Of a DNA stretch of 64,000 nucleotides, positions 7,879-15,842 are shown piece after piece (within the stretch, counting starts at the first letter, position 1; every line of letters starts with the position of its first letter). Position numbers and translations under genes: made by a program. The stretch comes from a virus, in IMG/VR virus record IMGVR_UViG_3300024255_000017, positions 1 through 64,000 of that record; one strand, written 5' to 3'. The notes beneath the pieces are model-generated. The model saw only the letters and a list, made by a program, of their open reading frames with translations, was not told the origin of the DNA and did not search any database.

Positions 7879-8307
7879 GGGAAGGCACAGAACGGAAAAC
7901 TTTAGGTAGCTCCTAGATGATTATTCCAATTATGTGTAGATGCGTTGCTGAAAAATTCCTGAGCAAAAGGGAATAAGGCACTAAGCTAGAACGATGGTTC
8001 ACTGATATCTCAAATGAGAAATTCAGAATTGGTTAATCACCAGAGCATTAGGTTTAACGCATTAAAAATCTAACAGAGATTTTGCAAAGACTTCCAGGTA
8101 AGCATACCGCTGAACCCTGGTTAATGACTGAACAACGCAAAGAGTATGTGGCGTAAGGTACACTTGAAGATTATGATAATCAATTACGATGATTAAGCCT
8201 CGGCCGGTTTAATTAAGTAATAGGACGGCAGTCCAAAGAGTGGTAGTCTATCATAAAGCAGCTTTCGTTAATAAAGGTATTCTCAAATCCTTTCGCATCG
8301 TCTTCCC
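7879..8307 (+). ncRNA. Large (~430 nt) structured ncRNA, possibly GOLLD/ROOL-class
   Basis: ORF-free gap with its own promoter (7814-7840); closing stems GGGAAGGC/GTCTTCCC and GATGCG/CGCATC; several internal hairpins including GGAC-GGCA-GTCC (GNRA); T-run after; lies within the tRNA cluster. Confidence 0.7.
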
Positions 8308-8328
8308 TTTTTTATTAAATCAATCAAT

Positions 8329-8880
8329 ATGGCAAAAGTAAAAACAATTACACTAAACGGTAAAGCTACCGAGTATGATGTTCAATACACTAAAGCGTAT
8401 GTGGCAAAAATCATCTCAGCTCAATCAGACTTGTACCAAGAATTAAACGCAGTATCACTTCCATACAATACAGTAAAAGAAATTTATGTTGATGGGCATT
8501 TAACTGCTGAGTTGGTAGGTACTAGTTTATTATATGTTAAGGAAAAACCTAAACATGATCCTTATGTAGATCGCCATGAACCACCAAATGCAGGTATGGG
8601 TAGATATAAAGGTCATACAGTTCCAGAAGTTCCAGAAGAGTTTGATGAATCACATGCATTAGACATGGTTTTAAATGACATGATTGAATCTATGACCGAT
8701 GAAGAATTAGAGGAATTTTATAAAAACGAAAATCCACCTGAACCGTTTGCTACCGATGTAGAGTTAGCGGAGATGAAAAATGAATCCAAAGGTATTTACT
8801 TACAGAGTGTTTCTTCACCTCCACCTTACTGGGTAACTGATACTACGGCTGGAAATGTAGATATAACCTACACTAACTAA
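8329..8880 (+). CDS. Acidic hypothetical protein
   Basis: ORF track. Confidence 0.75.
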   Translation: MAKVKTITLNGKATEYDVQYTKAYVAKIISAQSDLYQELNAVSLPYNTVKEIYVDGHLTAELVGTSLLYVKEKPKHDPYVDRHEPPNAGMGRYKGHTVPEVPEEFDESHALDMVLNDMIESMTDEELEEFYKNENPPEPFATDVELAEMKNESKGIYLQSVSSPPPYWVTDTTAGNVDITYTN

Positions 8881-8905
8881 ATATATAAAAAAATCAACTA
8901 GAAAT

Positions 8906-9358
8906 ATGTTAAACGTTTATTATACACCAGGTGATAATTGGTATCAAAAAATTGTATCTTTGATGCCTAAAAACTCTTATCAATTATTTGATAAAGATAG
9001 CTATCCACAAGCAGGTGATGCTGATTGGGTTATTGCCTTAGACTCTGGAGATGATAGGTTATCAGTTATGAATACTGAATTAGGTGGAGCTTCTATGAAT
9101 ACATTTTTTAAAGGCTGCAATAATTTAGACGATGTAACAGTTGGAAAAGGATTAACTGTTGGATGCTGTTCTTTAATTAGACCAGGTTCTATTATAGGTG
9201 ACCAGGTTTATATTGGGGCAGGTACTATTATTGATATTAACTGTACAATTGAAGATGGTGTAACTATTGGAGATAATGTAACAATTCATGAAGGTGTATT
9301 TGTACCGGCAAACACAGACATACCTTCAGGTTCGGTAGTTCAGATAGATAATGACTAA
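8906..9358 (+). CDS. Hexapeptide-repeat (LbH) acyltransferase-like protein
   Basis: Repeated [IV]G-x-x-[VCT]-x hexads (IGDQVYIGAGTII, IEDGVTIGDNVTI). Confidence 0.75.
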   Translation: MLNVYYTPGDNWYQKIVSLMPKNSYQLFDKDSYPQAGDADWVIALDSGDDRLSVMNTELGGASMNTFFKGCNNLDDVTVGKGLTVGCCSLIRPGSIIGDQVYIGAGTIIDINCTIEDGVTIGDNVTIHEGVFVPANTDIPSGSVVQIDND

Positions 9359-9549
9359 TTCTGAAACAATTTTATTTAATGCTATATAATTAGTATAACA
9401 AAAAAATTAGAAAAACTATGAACACTTCTGTTCATGGCCACTCACTTAAAAATTTATGGAAATTCAATTACTAGATTCATTCTCATTGTATTTAAGTGTT
9501 TTAAAAAGTGACAATAATTAATTAATAATAACAAAAACAAATTTTAAAA

Positions 9550-9966
9550 ATGAAAAATTTTATTTTAACACTCGCTCTAATAGCACTAGTAAGCATTGGC
9601 GCAAACGCACAGAACACAAAAGGAGATTGGTATGTAGGTACTAGTGATTTTACTAACACTGCATGGACTGAATTATCAATCCAACCAACAATCGGATACG
9701 CATTCTCTGATAAGTACATGGTCGGTATGAGTCTTTCTCAAGCTGATTCAACAGAGGACATGACATTAGGTCTAGAAGGAAGATATTTCCACAAAGGATT
9801 TTTTGGATATGTTGCACTAAATGATTTTGATTTTGATCAAGCTCAATTAGGTGTAGGTAGAATGTTTGAATTCCACAAAGGATCTATGTTTGTAGATCCT
9901 AAGATCGTTTATGATCTAGGAATGGAAACAACTAACTTACAGATTGGATTTGGATTAAAATTCTAA
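9550..9966 (+). CDS. Bacteroidetes-type small outer-membrane beta-barrel protein
   Basis: Signal peptide ...ANA|QN, AQxxKGDWYVG start, alternating beta strands, C-terminal GFGLKF BAM signal. Confidence 0.8.
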   Translation: MKNFILTLALIALVSIGANAQNTKGDWYVGTSDFTNTAWTELSIQPTIGYAFSDKYMVGMSLSQADSTEDMTLGLEGRYFHKGFFGYVALNDFDFDQAQLGVGRMFEFHKGSMFVDPKIVYDLGMETTNLQIGFGLKF

Positions 9967-9986
9967 ACTAACTTTATATTAATATC

Positions 9987-10019
9987 AAAACCCAGGATTC
10001 TAGGACCCTGGGTTTTTTT
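9987..10019 (+). terminator. Intrinsic terminator
   Basis: AAAACCCAGG...CCTGGGTTTTTTT. Confidence 0.85.
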
Positions 10020-10095
10020 GTGCTTAAACTATTCATCATTTAGGTATATAATAATAAATAAGGAATGAACTTTATTTTGTAAAAAAAACAAACAA

Positions 10096-10440
10096 ATGGA
10101 AATATTTTATTACACTTTAGGTATACTATCGGTTCTTGTAGTCATTGGGATTTTTGGTATGGTTAAGGTTTGGAACAAAATTTCAGAAATTGAATTTTCT
10201 GGAGAAGACATGGAAGAATACATTGGCGATACTGCTGATGATTTTTCTGGTGAGTTAGAAAAATTACAATACCACTTTGAGGCAGAGGTTGAAAGATTAG
10301 AAAGAAACTTTGGAGATGAATCTGAAGGCTTAAGTAGATTGATTGATTCAAGAATTGATAACCTTCACAATACCCTCATTAAAAAAATTGAAAATTTAGA
10401 AGGCACTATAGCTAGGCTAATTGTAAAAGACAATAGGTAA
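10096..10440 (+). CDS. Membrane-anchored coiled-coil protein
   Basis: N-terminal TM, heptad-like acidic C-terminus. Confidence 0.75.
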   Translation: MEIFYYTLGILSVLVVIGIFGMVKVWNKISEIEFSGEDMEEYIGDTADDFSGELEKLQYHFEAEVERLERNFGDESEGLSRLIDSRIDNLHNTLIKKIENLEGTIARLIVKDNR

Positions 10441-10450
10441 GTAATTACCA

Positions 10451-10523
10451 TGTGCTGTGGTGTAACTGGCAACACGTCTGTTTTTGGTACAGAAGAGTCG
10501 GGGTTCGAGCCCCTGCGGCACAA
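10451..10523 (+). tRNA. tRNA-Gln(TTG)
   Basis: TGTGCTG/CGGCACA acceptor, TCTGT-TTTTGGT-ACAGA anticodon arm, GGTTCGAGCC. Confidence 0.9.
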
Positions 10524-10538
10524 CAAAATATATACTAT

Positions 10539-10739
10539 ATGATAATCATAAAACGTAATGAAAAAGAATCTATTGATAGAATGCTTAAGAGGTATAAGAT
10601 AAAGCAAAAAAGAACTAAGCTAAGATCTCAACTTAAGGATAGAAAACATTTTACAAAACTTTCCCAGGTTAGAAGACTACAAAAACAAAAGGCTATTTAT
10701 ATACAGAGCCTTAGATCTGATGAAGAAAAAAGATCTTAA
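10539..10739 (+). CDS. rpsU: Ribosomal protein bS21 (Bacteroidetes type)
   Basis: MIIIKRNEKESIDRMLKRYK...LKDRKHFTKLSQVRR...KAIYIQ; true start ATG 10539 (the track's extension overlaps tRNA-Gln). Confidence 0.9.
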   Translation: MIIIKRNEKESIDRMLKRYKIKQKRTKLRSQLKDRKHFTKLSQVRRLQKQKAIYIQSLRSDEEKRS

Positions 10740-10791
10740 AAAACTTTCACTTTACAGGTAGATTTGTTATATTTAAATAAATTAATAAATT

Positions 10792-11301
10792 ATGGAAATT
10801 AAATTAGACATCAACGAATTTGAATTAGACGGTACAGCTAATACTGTTATCTTTGATTTGGATGGTACTTTGGCTGACATTGAAGAAAGACGACAATTGT
10901 CTACAAAGGAAGACGGTAAAATGGATTGGGATAAATTCTTTGATCCTAATAACATTAGTTTAGATAAACCTAACTGGCCAGTTATTCACATGGCTAAAAT
11001 ACTTAAAGATGCCGGTCATCAGATTGTAATTTTCAGTGGGAGAAGTAAAGCTACTAAAGATACTACTAAGGAATGGCTAAATAAATTTGGTGTTCCTTTC
11101 GATGTATTAAAAATGAGACCAACCGGCCATCCATTTAAGTGGATGCCAGATGATAAGCTAAAGAAGCACTGGTTAGATTTATTATTTGAAGGCGAAAAGA
11201 AAGATGATATTCTTTGTGTCTTTGATGATAGAGAAAAGGTAGTTAAGATGTGGAGAGAAAACGGACTTGATTGTTTTCAGGTTGCTGAAGGCAAATTTTA
11301 A
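10792..11301 (+). CDS. HAD-family polynucleotide 3'-phosphatase domain (T4 PseT C-terminal-like)
   Basis: FDLDGTLA, FSGR, LKMR...DDKLK, VFDDREKVVKMWRENGLDCFQVAEG. Confidence 0.85.
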   Translation: MEIKLDINEFELDGTANTVIFDLDGTLADIEERRQLSTKEDGKMDWDKFFDPNNISLDKPNWPVIHMAKILKDAGHQIVIFSGRSKATKDTTKEWLNKFGVPFDVLKMRPTGHPFKWMPDDKLKKHWLDLLFEGEKKDDILCVFDDREKVVKMWRENGLDCFQVAEGKF

Positions 11302-11311
11302 AAATAAACAT

Positions 11312-11482
11312 ATGACAAATAAACTATATAGAATAAATGGATACATCGGTGGTGTATGCCAAGGGTTAGGCGAATGGTCAGGGATACCCTCAATCTTATG
11401 GAGAATTTTATTCCTCTTTTTTATACCTGCAGCATTTTGGGTATACTTAGGTTTGTGGATATTTTTATCTAAAGAATCATGA
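11312..11482 (+). CDS. PspC-domain protein
   Basis: KLYR...IGGVCQGLGEWSGI...LWRILF...YLGLWIFL; start ATG 11312. Confidence 0.85.
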   Translation: MTNKLYRINGYIGGVCQGLGEWSGIPSILWRILFLFFIPAAFWVYLGLWIFLSKES

Positions 11483-11571
11483 AAAGATTTTTAACTAAAT
11501 TAGAATCAATAGATATTTTTCTAATTATAGCATTAGGGTATTTTACTTTAATGCTTATTTGTTTAACTTAA
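11479..11571 (+). CDS. Tiny single-TM peptide, 30 aa
   Basis: Read by hand; ATGA overlap with the pspC stop; fills the gap to the next gene. Confidence 0.5.
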   Translation: MKRFLTKLESIDIFLIIALGYFTLMLICLT

Positions 11572-11580
11572 AAAAAGTAT

Positions 11581-12156
11581 ATGATATTTCAATACGACAA
11601 GGATCAATTAAAGTATAGCCGAGTATGTATAAAGACTTGGGTTCTTTATCTTTTATCAATTTTATTATTAATTTCTATTATTGGATTTTCTATTGGTAGA
11701 GGTACAGCAAAGGAAGTTATTATTGAGAATCTACAAGAAGGGGAAACTCAAATTTTTATTGCTCAAGTAGATACTTTCTCTCAAGACAAATTAATATCGA
11801 TGTTAACCGATCTTAATGTTGACTACCCACACATAGTAATGGCACAATCTATTTTAGAAACTGGTCATTTTAAAAGTGATATCTTTTTAGAGAACCGTAA
11901 TCTATTTGGTATGAAACAAGCAAGGCGTAGAATTACAACAGCAGAAGGTACTAATAGGAATCATGCTTATTATAATCATTGGAGAGAATCGGTATATGAT
12001 TATGCTTTTTATCAGTGTAGGTATTTAAGTAAGCTAGATTCTGAAGAAGATTATTTTGAATACTTAGGTGCAAGTTATGCAGAAGCAACAAACTATGTTA
12101 AGATGCTTAAACAGGTAATTAAGAAAAATGACCTTGAAAAATTATTTACTAAGTAG
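11581..12156 (+). CDS. Membrane-anchored glucosaminidase-domain (GH73-like) peptidoglycan hydrolase
   Basis: AQSILETG, NLFGMK, YxxWRESVxDY, YAE...Y motifs; N-terminal TM. Confidence 0.85.
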   Translation: MIFQYDKDQLKYSRVCIKTWVLYLLSILLLISIIGFSIGRGTAKEVIIENLQEGETQIFIAQVDTFSQDKLISMLTDLNVDYPHIVMAQSILETGHFKSDIFLENRNLFGMKQARRRITTAEGTNRNHAYYNHWRESVYDYAFYQCRYLSKLDSEEDYFEYLGASYAEATNYVKMLKQVIKKNDLEKLFTK

Positions 12157-12159
12157 ATT

Positions 12160-12531
12160 ATGAAATTAGCATTAATAGCACACGATGGTAAGAAGGCAGA
12201 TATGGTTGCCTTTGTTATGAAGAGATTAGATTTCTTTAAAAGAAAAGGAGTTTCTTTAGTAGGAACTGGAACTACTGGTACAATGATCAAGCATGCTGGG
12301 TTAGAAGTTCAGTTAGTAGCCAGTGGTCCAATGGGTGGTGATGCCGAGATTGGAGCTATGGTAACCCGAGGTGAAATAGATGGGGTTATATTTTTTAGAG
12401 ATCCATTAGATAAGCACCCACACGATGTTGATATTGCAATGTTAATGAGGCTATGCGATGTACACCAAATACCCTTAGCAACTAATTATAAGTCAGGCCA
12501 TATATTAGTAAAATACTTTAAAAATAAATAA
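12160..12531 (+). CDS. mgsA: Methylglyoxal synthase
   Basis: ALIAHDGKK, TGTTG, SGPMGGD, FFRDPL..HPHDVD...LMRLCDV..IPLATN. Confidence 0.95.
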   Translation: MKLALIAHDGKKADMVAFVMKRLDFFKRKGVSLVGTGTTGTMIKHAGLEVQLVASGPMGGDAEIGAMVTRGEIDGVIFFRDPLDKHPHDVDIAMLMRLCDVHQIPLATNYKSGHILVKYFKNK

Positions 12532-12534
12532 ACT

Positions 12535-13131
12535 ATGATAGCTGTATTTGACAATTTTATAAAAGACCAGTCCTTATTAGATGAAATAAAAAATGATGAT
12601 ACCTTTTTTAGTGATCCAGGCATATATAGGTATTGGAAGGGATGGTGGGAAAAAGAGCCATGTAATATTAAACAAAAATTAGCAAATTACATTTTTAATG
12701 ATAACCTTCCTTTAAGAATAAATTTAGAATTAGATGGTTTTGAATATTGGACTGGTTTACAAGAAGCTAAAGGTAATCATAGTGATGATGTAGTTTTTAA
12801 AGATAATTTAGAAATGCACTATGATGATGATGTTGCTTATAGAAAAGAAAACAAGGATTACGATGGCATACCTCTTAAGCCGGTTTTAGGTTGTGTATAT
12901 TACCCTGAAGGTTTTGATTTTACTGGTGGTGATCTTTTGATTTATACCGAAGGAGAAGATAAAACACCTGAGGTAATAAAAACTAAACCTAACCGATTAG
13001 TAATATTTAATCCTGGTGATGTCGCACACTGTGTGTCACCTGTAACTGCAGGTAGAAGAGGTGCTATTGCAATTAACCTTTGGGCCGAAGAACCTTGGTC
13101 AGTTGCCAATGGGTTTATTGAATTACAATAA
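12535..13131 (+). CDS. 2OG-Fe(II) oxygenase
   Basis: HYD, GGDL, KPNRLVIF, HCV..V..G.R motifs. Confidence 0.85.
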   Translation: MIAVFDNFIKDQSLLDEIKNDDTFFSDPGIYRYWKGWWEKEPCNIKQKLANYIFNDNLPLRINLELDGFEYWTGLQEAKGNHSDDVVFKDNLEMHYDDDVAYRKENKDYDGIPLKPVLGCVYYPEGFDFTGGDLLIYTEGEDKTPEVIKTKPNRLVIFNPGDVAHCVSPVTAGRRGAIAINLWAEEPWSVANGFIELQ

Positions 13132-13213
13132 ACAATTCTTTGAATGTGTAAGGTTCTTGAGAGTTGAACCTAAACAAAAATTAAACTCTCCATATAATTA
13201 AATAAAAATAAAG

Positions 13214-13738
13214 ATGAAGAAGATTTTAATGATGGTAATGGTTTCGCTTGGCCTACAATTACAAGCACAAACGTTATGTGATTCAAATATGACTTACACA
13301 ACAGGTTCACAGTATCAATTAGAAATAGCAATTCCACAAACTGGAAATAGTTTACCAACAATGGCTCCACTATATGCTGTAACTTATGGCGGTCAAACAG
13401 TGTTGGGTCAAGACAGTTGTTTTGCTGGTCCTTGTACACATACAGTATACAATTACAATCCAACTACAGGAATGCCGTATGATACGATTACAACATGTAT
13501 TAGTTATACCTTAACAGATTCGTTAGGTTATGTTGATACGCTAAACTGTTGCTTTAATCAAGTATGGGACGGGCAAGCTTGGATGAGAATGACTATGGGT
13601 ACTGTTGGTATAGAAGAATTAAATCCTACTATGATTGGTGATAATAAAATCTATGATGTTTATGGAAGAGAATTACTTACTGCACCTATTGGTCAGATGT
13701 ATATTCAGAATAGAAAGAAGTATATCAAACTAAGATAA
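13214..13738 (+). CDS. Secreted Cys-containing protein with T9SS-like C-terminal domain
   Basis: Signal peptide ...LQA|Q; C-terminal VGIEEL...KIYDVYGREL...GQMYI...KKYIK. Confidence 0.7.
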   Translation: MKKILMMVMVSLGLQLQAQTLCDSNMTYTTGSQYQLEIAIPQTGNSLPTMAPLYAVTYGGQTVLGQDSCFAGPCTHTVYNYNPTTGMPYDTITTCISYTLTDSLGYVDTLNCCFNQVWDGQAWMRMTMGTVGIEELNPTMIGDNKIYDVYGRELLTAPIGQMYIQNRKKYIKLR

Positions 13739-13752
13739 TAAAAAGCTATAAG

Positions 13753-13787
13753 ACTAAAAGGCCACTCATAGAGTGGTCTTTTTTAGT
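13753..13787. terminator. Bidirectional intrinsic terminator between convergent genes
   Basis: ACTAAAAGGCCACTC-ATA-GAGTGGTCTTTTTTAGT. Confidence 0.85.
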
Positions 13788-13804
13788 TTGTATGTAAATA
13801 GAAA

Positions 13805-14236
13805 TTACCTTTCCATTCTAATTGCTATTCTCATTAGATTACCTAATGCATTTTTTAAGATTCTTACTTCTCTAGGATTTAACTTTTTAAATAACTTATG
13901 GTCTTTCATAGCAGGTTCTATATCCTTGTAGTTCATAATAGTATACTTAGGATCATCAAGACCTATCTCTAAATCTAAATCTCTATAAATTTCCATTCCT
14001 TCATCACCTAAACCATCGGTAGTTTTTCTACCTTCAGTTACATTTGAAGTTTCCCAATGTTTACTATCATTAGCACCACGAGTTGGATGTACATCATTAA
14101 AGCCTTGGTATTCTGGAGTACCGAATGCATTAGTTTCAGTTCCAGCCATTTCATCCCAGTAATTTTTAAAATCTTTTACCGTACCTTTATAATGGCGGAT
14201 TTTGCTTAAGTCTTCTCTTTCTTGGTTATTTTCCAT
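13805..14236 (-). CDS. Hypothetical protein (possible virion internal protein)
   Basis: Third gene of a tightly packed minus-strand operon. Confidence 0.75.
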   Translation of the reverse strand: MENNQEREDLSKIRHYKGTVKDFKNYWDEMAGTETNAFGTPEYQGFNDVHPTRGANDSKHWETSNVTEGRKTTDGLGDEGMEIYRDLDLEIGLDDPKYTIMNYKDIEPAMKDHKLFKKLNPREVRILKNALGNLMRIAIRMER

Positions 14237-14481
14237 TACTTTCCATTCTTTTGTTTTAACTGGTGAATTGCGGTTTGTACCTTTAACCCTTCGAGGTCAA
14301 TTTTATCCATCTTAATTTTTAGTTCATATAATTCAATTGCATAATTATCTCCTCTATCTTGAGCAGCTCTATATCTTTGGATGTTTTCTTTTTCTCTATC
14401 CTTTAATCTCCTTGCAGCTTCATTAGGATTAAATTCATAATCAGAAGCTTCATTTAAATAGTTTTCAAATTTAGGTATCAT
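14236..14481 (-). CDS. Hypothetical protein (possible virion internal protein)
   Basis: N-terminus MIPKFENYLNE. Confidence 0.75.
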   Translation of the reverse strand: MIPKFENYLNEASDYEFNPNEAARRLKDREKENIQRYRAAQDRGDNYAIELYELKIKMDKIDLEGLKVQTAIHQLKQKNGK

Positions 14482-14482
14482 A

Positions 14483-14989
14483 TTATACTTTATAGTTTTT
14501 AAGAAGGTCCTTTAATTCTACAATATCAGCAGGATTTAACTGAACATAATTTCTTCCTATGTTTATTTGCATGCATTTTCTACCTAAGCCAAATGATTCA
14601 ACATCCTTAGGTCCAGCAAAAGTAGTTACTAATGCATTTGTATCTCCTTTAATTCCAGCTTGATTCCATGAACTAATATCAGTCCCTTCATTAACCGCTG
14701 ATTCCTCCATAGCCCCAGCTGCATAGTTTTCGCATGCTTCGTCTATCTTATCGTTTATATGTTTCTTTGCTTCTTTAATATATGCTTCTGCTGTATGTTC
14801 AGCATTATCATTTGATTCATAACTGTTAGCTTGTTCAGCTACATGGTTAGAACATTGTTCAACTGGACCAACTATAGCATTCATATCATAACCAGTTTCT
14901 TTGTAGCCACCACCTAAACCATAGTTAGCTGCATTACTTCCTCCAAACCCTACTGGGATGAAATCTTCGAATAAAGGTACCTTTTTCAT
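14483..14989 (-). CDS. Hypothetical protein (possible virion internal protein)
   Basis: N-terminus MKKVPLFEDF; late-type GAATATATA upstream on the minus strand (~15007-15015). Confidence 0.8.
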   Translation of the reverse strand: MKKVPLFEDFIPVGFGGSNAANYGLGGGYKETGYDMNAIVGPVEQCSNHVAEQANSYESNDNAEHTAEAYIKEAKKHINDKIDEACENYAAGAMEESAVNEGTDISSWNQAGIKGDTNALVTTFAGPKDVESFGLGRKCMQINIGRNYVQLNPADIVELKDLLKNYKV

Positions 14990-15060
14990 ATTGTTGTTAT
15001 TTTGATTATATATTCATAAAACTAAGTCGCATTTTTGCATATAAAAATAAACAACTTATT

Positions 15061-15246
15061 ATGTCAGAATTTTTAAGAACAGGTATTGGTCGTAAATTAT
15101 TGGAAAAGGATATTCCAAAACTAACATCAGTACTAGAAAGAATTGCTAATCAATTAGAAATAGCAAACAAATTAGATGAAAAGAAATATGTATTGGAAGA
15201 AAGGATCCACAAGATTACAATAAAAGAAGCAAACCAAAATGGCTGA
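15061..15246 (+). CDS. Hypothetical protein
   Basis: Follows the middle-type promoter 15019-15045. Confidence 0.75.
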   Translation: MSEFLRTGIGRKLLEKDIPKLTSVLERIANQLEIANKLDEKKYVLEERIHKITIKEANQNG

Positions 15247-15505
15247 TAAAGACATTACATATAAACAATTTATTGCTCACATGGATAAAGGAAATAAAGT
15301 TTATATGAAAAAACCTAAGTCATGGCAAAAGGTATGGTTTTGGTGGGAGAGTAAAAAAGAGAAGTGGTTTTTAAATAAAGCGTTTGATAAAAGAGAAGAT
15401 GGTATCGTAAAACCAGAACCTTCTGTATGGATAACAGCAAAGCAAATGGAATCTCACATGGACCACATGGTTAGGATGGGTTATAAATATTATATAAATG
15501 AATAA
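15239..15505 (+). CDS. Hypothetical Trp/Lys-rich protein
   Basis: Overlapping operon gene. Confidence 0.75.
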   Translation: MADKDITYKQFIAHMDKGNKVYMKKPKSWQKVWFWWESKKEKWFLNKAFDKREDGIVKPEPSVWITAKQMESHMDHMVRMGYKYYINE

Positions 15506-15842
15506 GTTAATTTTAGCATTTTTTTTGTTCTTCTTAGGGCAATCAGCAATATGGTTTCAAACTAATGGTCAATTTGTATGGCCTTGGTTTAAAAAGAATC
15601 CTTTTATAGTATCATTAACATTTGGAACTATAATAAGTTACATTTTAATTTTTGGTACAAGATTTATAGTAGAGTACTATGATGGTCTTTTATGGCCAGG
15701 AAGATTCATTGCATTTGGATCAGGAATTATTTCATTTACTTTTTTAACATGGTATTTTCTTGGAGAAGGTATTACCACAAAAACAATAGTATCATTATGC
15801 CTGGCTTGTAGTCTTATAGGCATACAGTTATTTTGGAAATGA
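15498..15842 (+). CDS. Four-TM small membrane protein (SMR/DMT-like size and topology)
   Basis: Four hydrophobic segments, xxGEGITTKT loop. Confidence 0.7.
   Translation: MNKLILAFFLFFLGQSAIWFQTNGQFVWPWFKKNPFIVSLTFGTIISYILIFGTRFIVEYYDGLLWPGRFIAFGSGIISFTFLTWYFLGEGITTKTIVSLCLACSLIGIQLFWK

Noticed and set aside
7879-8307. tmRNA, RNase P RNA or group I intron
   Set aside because: No GGGG...CCACCA tRNA-like ends, no GAGGAAAGUCC core, and it does not interrupt a gene
10452-10538. N-terminal extension of bS21 in the ORF track
   Set aside because: It is the tRNA-Gln sequence; bS21 similarity begins at ATG 10539
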